Source: Myxococcota bacterium
Lineage (GTDB): Bacteria > Myxococcota_A > Bradymonadia > UBA7976 > UBA1532
Assembly (NCBI GenBank): GCA_963169045.1
Contig: CAUJDF010000041.1
Coordinates: 2,872 to 66,871 of the forward strand
Length of the DNA stretch: 64,000 nucleotides
Direction: 5' to 3'
How positions within the stretch are numbered: position 1 is the stretch's first letter; every line of letters begins with the position of its first letter. The notes below the pieces were generated by a model that was given only the letters and a program-made list of their open reading frames with translations, was not told the origin of the DNA and did not search any database. Below are positions 31,974 through 41,385 of the stretch, in pieces. Made by a program: the position numbers and the translations under genes.

Positions 31974-32035
31974 GGCGGGATCCTCCCGTTCGGAGGCGCG
32001 CATTTAGCACACGCGTCCGCCGGCAGCAAGGCGGC

Positions 32036-33160
32036 CTAGGCGAGCGCGTCGACCAGAGCGGCGGTGCGATGCGCGGCCCGACCGTCGCCGAACTGGTCGA
32101 TGCGGGGCGCCGTCGTGGGCGCCGCGGAGCGGACGGCGCTCACGAGCGCCTCGGGATCGTCGCCGACGAGCGTGTTCCAGGCGCCCTCGAGCGTCTCGGG
32201 CCACTCGGTGCGATCTCGCAGGGTGATGCAGCGACGGCCGGCGAAGTAGGCCTCCTTCTGGACGCCGCCCGAGTCGGTGAGGACGAGGCCCGCCCCCTCG
32301 AGCAGCGCGGCGAAGGCGAGGTAGCCCACCGGGTCGACACAGGCGACGGACGGCGACGGCTCGATGCCGGCGCGCTCCATGGCCTTGCGCGTCCGGGGGT
32401 GCACGGGGAAGAGCACCGGCAGCGGCAGGCGACCGAGCGCCGAGACGAGGGCCCGGAGGCGCGAAGGATCGTCGGTGTTCGCGGCCCGGTGGATGGTGGC
32501 CAGCGCGTAGGCGCCCGGCCGCGCGGCCTCGGGCGGGAGCGCGTCGAGGGGCGCCGGCGCCGGGGTCGTCGGCGCGCCGGCCAGGTGACGACCCACCGGC
32601 GTGAGCTCGCGGGCGCGGGCCGCCTGCTGGCGGGCAACATCGAGCATGACGTCGCCGGTGTCGGTGACGCCGCGCGTCAGGCCCTCGCGAGCGAGCTGCT
32701 CGACGGCCCGCGCCGTCGGGCAAAGGAGGGCGTCCGCCAGGTGATCGGCGACGACGCGGTTGATTTCCTCCGGCATCGAGCGGTCGTAGCTGCGCAGGCC
32801 AGCCTCGACGTGGGCCACACGCCAGCCGAGTTTCGACGCGGCGAGTGCGCCGGCGACCGTGGAGTTGGTGTCGCCATAGACGACGACCACGCCGGGCGAC
32901 GACGCCAGCAGCACCTGCTCGATGGCCGCCAGCATGGCGCCCGTCTGGGCACCATGGGGACCGCTGCCGACGCCGAGGTGATGGTGCGGCGCGGGAATGG
33001 CCAGTTCCTCGAAGAACACGGCGGACATCGAAGCGTCGTAGTGCTGTCCGGTGTGCACCAGCACGTTGCGCTCGGGACGCGGCGCCGCGGCGAGCACCAC
33101 CGCCGCCTTCACGAACTGGGGGCGCGCACCCACGATGTGAACGATCGGAGACTCGGCCAC
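32036..33160 (-). CDS. wecB: UDP-N-acetylglucosamine 2-epimerase (non-hydrolysing)
   Basis: C-terminal 375 aa of ORF 32036..33697 matches WecB (HIVGARPQFVKAA..., HVEAGLRS); upstream 170 codons are R/P/A frame noise; GTG start with AGGAGGAGG. Confidence 0.8.
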   Translation of the reverse strand: MAESPIVHIVGARPQFVKAAVVLAAAPRPERNVLVHTGQHYDASMSAVFFEELAIPAPHHHLGVGSGPHGAQTGAMLAAIEQVLLASSPGVVVVYGDTNSTVAGALAASKLGWRVAHVEAGLRSYDRSMPEEINRVVADHLADALLCPTARAVEQLAREGLTRGVTDTGDVMLDVARQQAARARELTPVGRHLAGAPTTPAPAPLDALPPEAARPGAYALATIHRAANTDDPSRLRALVSALGRLPLPVLFPVHPRTRKAMERAGIEPSPSVACVDPVGYLAFAALLEGAGLVLTDSGGVQKEAYFAGRRCITLRDRTEWPETLEGAWNTLVGDDPEALVSAVRSAAPTTAPRIDQFGDGRAAHRTAALVDALA

Positions 33161-33195
33161 GGTTCCTCCTCCTGATTCCTGTCCCGCGCAGGCCC

Positions 33196-34509
33196 TCAGA
33201 GCAGGCGGACGAGGTGGTCCTTGATCACGTTGCGCATCGAGGCCTCCGGGCAGACGGCCAACGCCTGCTGCCACATTTCGATGGCTTTCTGAACGAAACC
33301 GTTCGCCTGATAAAGGATGGCGAGATCCTTGATGGCCGGAAAGAACGACGCGTCCAGGCTGACCGCTCGTTCGTACTCGTACATGGCGTCGAAGGTCCGA
33401 CCCCGGCGTTCGTGGATCTTGCCCAGGTAGAACCGCGGACGGGCCGCGTTCGGATCGGCCTGCGCGCTGCGCGCGAGCGCTTCGGCGGCGCCGTCCAGGT
33501 CGCCCCTCTGCAGCAACATCAAACCGGCGTTGAGCTCCCGCAGGGCGTCGGCGACGAGGGAGCGCGTGGTGCGCGCCGCGTCGCGGCGCGACGACAGCAG
33601 CGCTTCGACCCGTTCGCGGAGGCGATCCACGTCGAAGGGCTTCTCGACGAAGTCGTCCGCGCCGCACTGCTGGAGGAGGTCGGCGCGCATCTGCCATCCC
33701 CGATAGGCGCCGCTGAGGATGACGACGATGGTCCGACGGAGCGCGTCGGAGTGCTTGATGCGACGACAGATCTCGAAGCCGTGGAGGCCGGGCAGGCGCG
33801 CGTCGAGGAGCACGACATCGGGGCGCTCCGTGTGCACCCGCGCGAGGGCCGCGTCTCCATCACCGCACGTGACGAGCCGCCAGCGGCTCGGATCGAAGAT
33901 GCCTTCGTAGATCCGCAGGATCGCCGCGTCGTCGTCGACCGCGAGCACCAGCGGTCCCTCCGCGACGACGGGTGTCGGGTCGGCCGCGATCGCGAAGGGC
34001 GGCAACGTCGACTCCGGCGGAAGAGGGGCGACGGGGATGTCCGGACTCACCGGCCGTGGCTCGAGGGTGATGGCCGGAGCGTCGGCCTGCTGCTCGGCGA
34101 TGGCGCGATGGAGGGGGCCCGCCAGCGCGACGAGCGGCCGTAGGACCTTTCCCGTCCGCGCCTGTAGCTCCGCCAGCAGCGCGGCGTCGGCGGGATCGGA
34201 CATCAGGACCGTCAGCGTCCGATTGAACACCCGGATCGGCAGGACGGAGGCGCGCGCCGCCGTCGCCCGATCGACCACGTCTCGCGCCCCCGCGTCCGGG
34301 CGCGCCTCGCCGACGACCATGCCAGGCACGCCGAGCTGACGGCTCAGGATGCGCACGAGCGCCCGCTCGTCGGCCAGCCCGAGGCGGAGTGCGACCGAAC
34401 AGAAGCGACCGCCGTCCCGCGACTGCGCGTCGAGGACGGCATGGACGTCGTGGTCGAGGAGAACGCCGGCGTCGATGAGGAGCCGACCGACCTTTGGCCG
34501 TGGGGCCAC
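33196..34509 (-). CDS. response-regulator protein: MshEN/T2SS-E N-terminal-like domain + REC receiver + C-terminal TPR repeats
   Basis: 437 aa; N-term GVLLDHDVHAVLDAQ...; REC VLAVDDD...VVLLDARLPGLHGFE; TPR-like AMYEYERAVSLD. Confidence 0.6.
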   Translation of the reverse strand: MAPRPKVGRLLIDAGVLLDHDVHAVLDAQSRDGGRFCSVALRLGLADERALVRILSRQLGVPGMVVGEARPDAGARDVVDRATAARASVLPIRVFNRTLTVLMSDPADAALLAELQARTGKVLRPLVALAGPLHRAIAEQQADAPAITLEPRPVSPDIPVAPLPPESTLPPFAIAADPTPVVAEGPLVLAVDDDAAILRIYEGIFDPSRWRLVTCGDGDAALARVHTERPDVVLLDARLPGLHGFEICRRIKHSDALRRTIVVILSGAYRGWQMRADLLQQCGADDFVEKPFDVDRLRERVEALLSSRRDAARTTRSLVADALRELNAGLMLLQRGDLDGAAEALARSAQADPNAARPRFYLGKIHERRGRTFDAMYEYERAVSLDASFFPAIKDLAILYQANGFVQKAIEMWQQALAVCPEASMRNVIKDHLVRLL

Positions 34510-34510
34510 C

Positions 34511-36121
34511 TCAGCTCACCGGCTGACCGACGCGCCACACGGTCTGGCCGAGCATCACCGCGTCGCCGATTGCGAGCTGCCGGCGGCCGATTACGCGGAT
34601 CCACGTTCCGTTGCGGCTGGACAGGTCGCGCAACAGGAACCCGTCGCCCCGGGGCACGACCAGAGCGTGCGTTCCGCTCATGAACCCGTCGTCGGTGAAG
34701 ACGACGTCGGCGATGTGACGACCCAGTCGGCACCCCTCGGCGGAGACGTGATACACGTCGCGGTCTTCGCCGTCGTCCCCGAGCTGGACGAGTCTTGCGC
34801 CGTCGACGGGGCGTGGAGCGCCCAAACGGCGCGTCCCGTCGGACGTCTCGCCGCCGTTGCCGGCTCGGATGCGCTCCGCCCGCAGGATCTGACGCCCCAC
34901 CATGAAGGTCTCGCCGTCGCGCAGCAGCGCGTCCTTGCGAACGCGCAGCCACACCCCGTTGAGGCTCGAGAGATCCTCGACGAAGAGGCCGCGGTCGTCG
35001 GCGAGGAAGGCCGCGTGGTGGGGGGAGAGGTAACGATCGTCGCCGACCTCCACGTCTGCGTCGGCGCGGCCGATGACGACCGGCTGGTCACCCACCGGCA
35101 CGAGGCGGCTGACGGCCACGTTGTTGGAGAGGGGGCGAAGCACGTAGCGGGCGACGAGCGCCGGCAAGGGGGGCGGCAGCGGGCGCGAGGGGGTATCCAC
35201 CGCCTCGAACTCGCCGCTGTCGAGCATCGTCGCCTCGCCGCCCGGCCCCTCGTCGAGGTCGGAGGCGGAGAGCTCCTCGGCCTCGAAGTCGGCTTCGTCG
35301 CGCAGCACGGGCTCGGGGACCGGCGCGGACGGCTCGGCTTGGGACGGCGCCTCGGCGGGACCGGTCTCCGGTTCGAGGTCGACGGAGTCGTAGTCGCCGG
35401 TGTCGTTCAGGAGGCGATCGGCCTCCTCGTCGACAGATTCTCCTGGAATTTCGAGCGCGTCGTCGAAGTCCGGCGCCTCGGCTTCGTCGCCAGCGTCGTG
35501 CTCCTCCTCGATGCCGTCGGCGCTCGAGCCGAGGTCGTCTTCGACCACCTCTTCGTCCAGCGTGACGAGCGCCGCCACGAGCGGGACCGGCGGCGCCAGG
35601 AGGGTGACCGAGGGCCCCGTCGCGCGCGGCGCCTCGTTCAGCGTCGGCGGCCCTCCGACGGCGTCGCGCGCGAACGCCAGCGCAGCCTCGCCCAGCCCGA
35701 CGATCGCCGAGCCTCCGTCGGCGTCTTCGTCGTGCGGGTCGGAGGCCGGATCGGCGCTCGGCTCGACGGCGTCGCCGGCGGCGGGTGCGAGCGCGTCGTC
35801 GGCGACCGCATCGTCGCCGGGCAGGGGCGACTGGTTCGCGCGCAGCTCGGCGAGCACCGCCTGGAGGCTGAAGTCGATGAGCGTGGCCTGCGCCTCGCGG
35901 GGCGAAGGACCGGGAGGCGAACGGAGCGGCGGCAGCGGCTCGTCGACGTCCGCCAGCACGGGGCGCGCCGCCTCGAGCGAGCGGAAGCGACGCACGGCGC
36001 CGGAGGGCGCGCTCTCGGTGGCGTCACCGCCGGGCCGGGAACGGCCGAGGCCCCGCCCGCAGTTCGTACAGAACGCTGCCTCGGCAGGGTTGTCCCAACC
36101 GCAATGTCGACAGACGATCAT
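34511..36121 (-). CDS. zinc-ribbon + disordered acidic linker + tandem FHA-domain protein
   Basis: 536 aa: N-term CRHCG...CTNCG; two FHA cores (VIGRADADVEV...SSLNGVWL; LGRHIADVVF...SSRNGTWI). Confidence 0.7.
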   Translation of the reverse strand: MIVCRHCGWDNPAEAAFCTNCGRGLGRSRPGGDATESAPSGAVRRFRSLEAARPVLADVDEPLPPLRSPPGPSPREAQATLIDFSLQAVLAELRANQSPLPGDDAVADDALAPAAGDAVEPSADPASDPHDEDADGGSAIVGLGEAALAFARDAVGGPPTLNEAPRATGPSVTLLAPPVPLVAALVTLDEEVVEDDLGSSADGIEEEHDAGDEAEAPDFDDALEIPGESVDEEADRLLNDTGDYDSVDLEPETGPAEAPSQAEPSAPVPEPVLRDEADFEAEELSASDLDEGPGGEATMLDSGEFEAVDTPSRPLPPPLPALVARYVLRPLSNNVAVSRLVPVGDQPVVIGRADADVEVGDDRYLSPHHAAFLADDRGLFVEDLSSLNGVWLRVRKDALLRDGETFMVGRQILRAERIRAGNGGETSDGTRRLGAPRPVDGARLVQLGDDGEDRDVYHVSAEGCRLGRHIADVVFTDDGFMSGTHALVVPRGDGFLLRDLSSRNGTWIRVIGRRQLAIGDAVMLGQTVWRVGQPVS

Positions 36122-36273
36122 CGACCTGCTTCGCGGATACGAACGGGACCCGCCCTGAAATCGGGACGCGGGACGGCCGTTTCCCTCGGACTCAATTACC
36201 CGACCCCATCGGGGGGGTCAAGGTGGACGCCGGCCTTGCGCTCCTCGCCCGGCACGTGGGAAGGAAGCGCACC

Positions 36274-37533
36274 ATGAAATTGTCCGTCTTGTTCGTCGTC
36301 GGGAGCCTGCTGTTCGCCGCGTGCGGCGCCGGGCCTTCCCGTGCTCGCAGCGAGGCGGACGACGATGCCGGCGTCCCCGCAACGACGCTCGACGGCAGCG
36401 CCGTCTCATCGCCGGGAGGCGAGCCGACCGACGACGGGCCTTCGCCCGAGACACCGGCGCCGGACGTCGAGGCGCCGCCCGCCATCTTCGGCCTCGTGCT
36501 GCCGCTCGAGGGGCGCTCCCGCCTGCTCGGGCAGCAGATCGCCGGCGCGGCTCAGGTGATGTTCGCCGGCGACGCGGAGGACCTCCCGGCGGAGGCGCCG
36601 CAGCTGCGGGTGCTCGATGGCGGTGACGCCGAGACCGCTCGGCGGGCGATCGCGCGCCTCGCTGAGGACGAGCACGCATTCGCCGCGGTCGGCCTCTTCG
36701 ACCAGACCGTGTCGCAGGCGGCGGCCGAGGCGGCGGCGGAGCACCGGCTGCCCCTGATCATGCTCACGTTGAGCGATGCGCCGATGCAGCGGGAGGGCCT
36801 GCTGTGGCGCGCGCTCCACACGCCGGCGCTCGCCGCGGGGACGGTCGCTCGGGCCGGCCTCGCGCGCGGCGGACGGCAGGCGGCGATCCTCGCGCCGCGC
36901 AATGGCTACGGCCGCGCGCTGGCCGCGGCGTTTCGCGACGCCTGGGAGGCCGGCGGCGGCGCCGTCGTCTACGAAGCAGGCTGGGAGCCGGCGAAGCCCG
37001 AGTGGCCAGGCGTCGCGCGCGCAGCGAGGGCGGCCCCGTTCGACACCCTGTTCATCGCCGACGGGCCCGTGGGGGCCGCGCTGCTCAGCTCGCACCTCGC
37101 AGCCGAGGACCTCTGGTCTCGGGGCCGCGAGCCGCGTTTCAAGCGGGACAAGAAGGTGCGCGAGGTGCAGGTGCTCGGGACGCCGGAGTGGTACGAGCCG
37201 GCGCTGCTCAGCCAGGCGGGGCGCTATCTCGAAGGCGCGCTCGTGCCGGTGCCGTTCGCCGCCGAGGTGCCGTCGGGCGCGGCCTTCGCGGCCCGGCTGC
37301 GGGGGGCGGCGGACCGCGAGCCGACCGCGTTCGACGCGCTGGTCGCCGACGGGCTCGCCGCCTGCCAGCAGGCCCACGCCCGTCTCGCCGCGGGCGCCGC
37401 GAGCGTCGCCGATGCGTTCGCCGGCGTCCGCGTGGCCGGGGCCTCAGCCGGCCTGCGCCTCGATCGGCGGGACGCCCTCGAGCGCCTCCACCTGCTCGAG
37501 GTTCGCGGCGGCGCCTTCATCCCAGCGGAATAG
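36274..37533 (+). CDS. periplasmic-binding-protein (LivK/ABC type I PBP)-like lipoprotein
   Basis: Start MKLSVLFVVGSLLFAACG (lipobox) after GGAAGGAAG; ORF track begins 36223 with alternative start. Confidence 0.55.
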   Translation: MKLSVLFVVGSLLFAACGAGPSRARSEADDDAGVPATTLDGSAVSSPGGEPTDDGPSPETPAPDVEAPPAIFGLVLPLEGRSRLLGQQIAGAAQVMFAGDAEDLPAEAPQLRVLDGGDAETARRAIARLAEDEHAFAAVGLFDQTVSQAAAEAAAEHRLPLIMLTLSDAPMQREGLLWRALHTPALAAGTVARAGLARGGRQAAILAPRNGYGRALAAAFRDAWEAGGGAVVYEAGWEPAKPEWPGVARAARAAPFDTLFIADGPVGAALLSSHLAAEDLWSRGREPRFKRDKKVREVQVLGTPEWYEPALLSQAGRYLEGALVPVPFAAEVPSGAAFAARLRGAADREPTAFDALVADGLAACQQAHARLAAGAASVADAFAGVRVAGASAGLRLDRRDALERLHLLEVRGGAFIPAE

Positions 37534-37534
37534 T

Positions 37535-38623
37535 TCAGAAAAGCCGCAAGTACCAGGCCGCGCCGGCTGCCGCCCCCGACACGGCGAGCATGCCGAAGAG
37601 CAGCAGCATGAGGAGCGAGCGACGCGCCGCGACGCGCGCCGACGGCGAGACGGACGCGGCGGCGAGCGGATCGCCGCCGGCCCAGGCGGGCTCGAGGTCC
37701 GGCGCGGGCGTCTCGCCGAGCGTCCATTCGCCGTCGCCCGGCGCCGGCGTGACCGCCCGCTCCACGAGCGCCGCGACGTCGCGCGCGCTCGAGGTGCCGA
37801 AGCGGGGACCGGAAGCGGCGAGGAGCGCGTGCAGGAACGCCTCGGGGTCGGAGTAGCGGCGTTCGCGGTCGGGCTCGAGCGCCTGCAGGACGGCGCGGTC
37901 GAGGTCCGGCGGCACGTCAGGCACGAGCACCGAGGGCGGTGCGGGCCGATCGGGAGAGGGCACCGCGCCCGTCATCAGCTCGTAGAGCAGCGCGCCGACG
38001 GCGTGGACGTCCGTCCGAGCATCGGCGGCCTGTCCGGCGCGCTGCTCCGGCGCGCGCTGCACCCGCTCGCCGCGGCCGTCGGAGACGTCGAAGACCGCCA
38101 GCTTCACCTGGCCGTCGCGCGACAGGCGCACCGTCGAGAGGCGCACATCGGCGTGCACGAACGCCAGCGGATGGCCGGCGGCATCGGTCGCGCGGTGCGC
38201 GTAGTCGAGCGCCTTGAGCACTGCCGCGGCGACGCCCACCGCAAGGGGGATCGACAGATGCGGAATTCCGCGACGCCGGAGGCGCGCGAGCAGGGTGGCC
38301 AGGTCGGGACCGTCGACGGCCTCGAGCACGGCGACGGGCCCCTGCCCGTCTCGGGCGCAGTCGATGACCTGGACGATGTTGGCGTGCGTCAGACGCGCCG
38401 CGAGGCGCGCGCGATCGACGAACGCGCGCAAGCGGGCGGGGTCTCTGGTGGCCCGAGGCGTGAGGCGGTGGAAGACCACGGGTCGGACGAAGCCGTCGGC
38501 CCCGCGCAGCTCGCCCCGCAGCACTTCGACGTCGCCGGTCGCGCCGATGCGCTCGCCGAAGACGTACCGACCGGGGTCGAACGACGACGGGAGCGTGGTC
38601 GGGCCACTGGGCGGCCACGCCAT
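37535..38623 (-). CDS. membrane-anchored Ser/Thr protein kinase-like protein, probable pseudokinase
   Basis: 362 aa with kinase-like fold (HADV catalytic-loop remnant, APE, YELMTG) but no VAIK lysine and degenerate G-loop/DFG; C-terminal TM helix; GAGGAGG RBS. Confidence 0.6.
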   Translation of the reverse strand: MAWPPSGPTTLPSSFDPGRYVFGERIGATGDVEVLRGELRGADGFVRPVVFHRLTPRATRDPARLRAFVDRARLAARLTHANIVQVIDCARDGQGPVAVLEAVDGPDLATLLARLRRRGIPHLSIPLAVGVAAAVLKALDYAHRATDAAGHPLAFVHADVRLSTVRLSRDGQVKLAVFDVSDGRGERVQRAPEQRAGQAADARTDVHAVGALLYELMTGAVPSPDRPAPPSVLVPDVPPDLDRAVLQALEPDRERRYSDPEAFLHALLAASGPRFGTSSARDVAALVERAVTPAPGDGEWTLGETPAPDLEPAWAGGDPLAAASVSPSARVAARRSLLMLLLFGMLAVSGAAAGAAWYLRLF

Positions 38624-38761
38624 GTGAACGTCCTCCTCGTCCCCCCCACGGGACGGCCGGACCGGACGACCGGGTCCACCGAACGCTTGATGATGCCCCG
38701 GTCCGAAACCGGGTGGCGGTTTATATCACGGCGTGACGGGGCCGCGGCAGGCCTTTCTTGG

Positions 38762-41194
38762 TCAGGCGGGCACCGGCGCGTCGGACGATCCGGCGGACTC
38801 GACGGGCTCCGGGGCGGGCTCCGGCGCCGCACTCGCCTGCCGCTGGCCGATGAGCGCCACCTCGAAGGCTTCGTCGACGCGCTCGATCAGGTGGAACGTC
38901 GTGACGTCACGCACTTCGGCGGGCACCTCCACGAGGTCCTTCTCATTGGCGCGGGGCAGGATGACGTGACGAATGCCGGCGCGATAGGCCGCCAGCAGCT
39001 TGTCTTTGATGCCGCCGACAGCCAGCACCTTGCCGCGCAGCGTGACCTCGCCGGTCATCGCCACGTCGCGGCGCACCGGCAGCCCCGACATCAGGCTGGT
39101 GAGGGCCAGCGTGACCGCGACGCCTGCCGAGGGGCCGTCCTTGGGCACCGCGCCCGCCGGAAAGTGGATGTGGATGTCGTGCGCGTCGAGGTCGGGCACC
39201 TCGGCGCCGAGCGTCTGGGCCCGCGAGCGCGCGAAGGAGTGCGCGGCCTGGACCGACTCCTTCATCACCTCGCCCAGCTTGCCGGTGATGACCAGCTTGC
39301 CGCGCCCGGGGGTGCGCAGGGCCTCGATGACGAGGATCTCGCCGCCGGTCGACGTCCACGCGAGGCCGTTGACGACGCCCACTTCGTCGCGGTCGACCGC
39401 CTCGTCGTGGAGGAACTTCCGCGGTCCGAGGTAGTCGGGCACCTCGTCCGGCCCGATGGCGGCCGCGACCGGCTCGCCGCCGGCTTCGACCTGGTTGCGC
39501 GCCACCTTGCGGCACATCTTCTCGAGGCTGCGCTGGAAGTTGCGGACCCCGGCCTCGCGCGTCCAGTAGCGGACGACGTCGCGCAGCGCGTCGTCGCTGA
39601 CCTCGGGCGGGTGCGCGAGCAGGCCGTGCTCGCGCACGACCTTCGGCACCAGGTGGCGCCGGGCGATCGCCAGCTTCTCGGTCTCGGTGTAGCCCTCGAT
39701 CGAGATGACCTCGAGGCGGTCCAGCAGCGGCTTGGGCATGTCGTGCAGGTAGTTGCCCGTCACGACGAACATGACCTTCGACAGATCGAAGGGCACGTTG
39801 AAGTAGTGATCGACGAAGGCGTTGTTCTGCTCGGGATCGAGCACCTCGAGCAGCGCGGCCGCCGGATCGCCGCGGTGATCGCTGCCGATCTTGTCGATCT
39901 CGTCCAGCATCAGCAGTGGGTTCATGCAGCCGGCGCGGGTGAGGCCGTTGAGGATCTTGCCCGGCAGCGCGCCCACGTAGGTGCGTCGGTGCCCGCGGAT
40001 CTCCGCCTCGTCGCGCACACCGCCGACGCTGATGCGGAAGAAGCGGCGCCCGATGGCCTCGGCGATCGCGCGGCCGAGGCTGGTCTTGCCGACGCCCGGC
40101 GGGCCGGCGAAGCACAGGATCGGGCCCTTGTGGTCCGGGTTCAGCTTGCGGACGGCCAGGAACTCGAGGATGCGCTCCTTGACCGAGTCGAGGCCGTAGT
40201 GACCGTCGTCGAGGGCGCCCCGGACGCGGTGGAGATCGATGTCCTCCTCGGTGACCACGCCCCAGGGCAGCGCGAAGAAGCGGTCGAGGTACGTCTTGAT
40301 GACCTGGTACTCGCTGGCGCTCGGCTGGATGTGGCGCAGGCGCTCGATCTCGCGCTGGGCCTCGCGCGCAATCTCGTCGCCGAGGTTCAGCGCCTCGAGG
40401 CGACGCGCGTAGTCGTCGGCCTCCTTGCGATTGAGCTCCTCCTCGCCGAGCTCCTTCTGGATGGTCTTCATCTGCTGGCGCAGGAAGTACTCGCGCCGCG
40501 AGTCCTCGATGTCGCCCTTTGCGCGCTTCTCGACCTCCTGGGCGACCTTCACCCGGTCGAGCTCGCTGCGCAGCAGCTCCACCACCCGCTGCAGGCGCTG
40601 CTCGATGCCGACCGCCTGGAGGACCTTCTGCTTCTCGGCGTACTCGAAGTTGAGCGAAGAGCACAGCAGGTCGGCGAACCGGCCTGGGGCGTCGACGTTC
40701 ATCTTCAGGATGTGGATCAGCTCCTTCGGGTAGTTGGCGCTGTTGCCGACGAGCCGCTCGAAGAACGTGATCGCCTTCTGCACGAGCATGTTGACCTTGT
40801 AGGGGTCGGTGATCTGCTCGCGGATGTCCGCCACGTGGGCGGTGAAGAACGGCTTTTCTTGAAGGATCTCGAGGATGCGCACGCGGCGCAGCCCCTGGAA
40901 CGTGACCTGATAGCTGCCGCCGGGAAGCTTGAGGCGGTCGAGGACGCGGCTGACGACGGCGACCTCGGAGAGGATCTCCTTGCGGATCTCGCCGCCGCCG
41001 GTGGCGTCCGCGAAGGCCAGGGCGATGACCGTGTCCGGCTCGGGATTGGCCTTGAGGAGCGAGATGTTCTCCTCGAAGCCCACCTGCACGGTCGCCACGC
41101 CCTGCGGGTAGATGACCGTCGAGAGCAACGCCATCACGGGGATCGGGTCGGGGATGATCAGATCCGAGGACTCACCCCGACGAGCGGCAGCCAT
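38762..41194 (-). CDS. lon: ATP-dependent Lon protease
   Basis: 810 aa: Lon N-domain, AAA+ GPPGVGKTSLGRAIAEA, S16 protease PKDGPSAGVA. Confidence 0.93.
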   Translation of the reverse strand: MAAARRGESSDLIIPDPIPVMALLSTVIYPQGVATVQVGFEENISLLKANPEPDTVIALAFADATGGGEIRKEILSEVAVVSRVLDRLKLPGGSYQVTFQGLRRVRILEILQEKPFFTAHVADIREQITDPYKVNMLVQKAITFFERLVGNSANYPKELIHILKMNVDAPGRFADLLCSSLNFEYAEKQKVLQAVGIEQRLQRVVELLRSELDRVKVAQEVEKRAKGDIEDSRREYFLRQQMKTIQKELGEEELNRKEADDYARRLEALNLGDEIAREAQREIERLRHIQPSASEYQVIKTYLDRFFALPWGVVTEEDIDLHRVRGALDDGHYGLDSVKERILEFLAVRKLNPDHKGPILCFAGPPGVGKTSLGRAIAEAIGRRFFRISVGGVRDEAEIRGHRRTYVGALPGKILNGLTRAGCMNPLLMLDEIDKIGSDHRGDPAAALLEVLDPEQNNAFVDHYFNVPFDLSKVMFVVTGNYLHDMPKPLLDRLEVISIEGYTETEKLAIARRHLVPKVVREHGLLAHPPEVSDDALRDVVRYWTREAGVRNFQRSLEKMCRKVARNQVEAGGEPVAAAIGPDEVPDYLGPRKFLHDEAVDRDEVGVVNGLAWTSTGGEILVIEALRTPGRGKLVITGKLGEVMKESVQAAHSFARSRAQTLGAEVPDLDAHDIHIHFPAGAVPKDGPSAGVAVTLALTSLMSGLPVRRDVAMTGEVTLRGKVLAVGGIKDKLLAAYRAGIRHVILPRANEKDLVEVPAEVRDVTTFHLIERVDEAFEVALIGQRQASAAPEPAPEPVESAGSSDAPVPA

Positions 41195-41385
41195 GGAACC
41201 TCCAGTGCGGGTGGGGCGGCGGACCGCCTCCGCATACTCATGCCGGGTCGATGCGATCGAAGCAAGGGCAGCCCCCGGGCATCGCCCGCAGGGGCGCAGC
41301 AGGCGGCGCCGGGTGCCATTGTTGCGAAAGCGGCCCCTGTAGTACGTTCGCAGCCCGTGACCCCTTGAATCAGGGACGGAATTCC

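Noticed and set aside
31552-33175. ORFs 32004..32723 (-), 32069..33175 (+), 31552..32010 (-)
   Set aside because: Alternative frames over proS/wecB; R/G/P-rich; the wecB and proS frames carry the recognisable domains
36776-41368. 1530-aa plus-strand ORF
   Set aside because: Antisense/alternative frame across the pseudokinase and lon genes; composition dominated by R/A/G/P runs; no domain content
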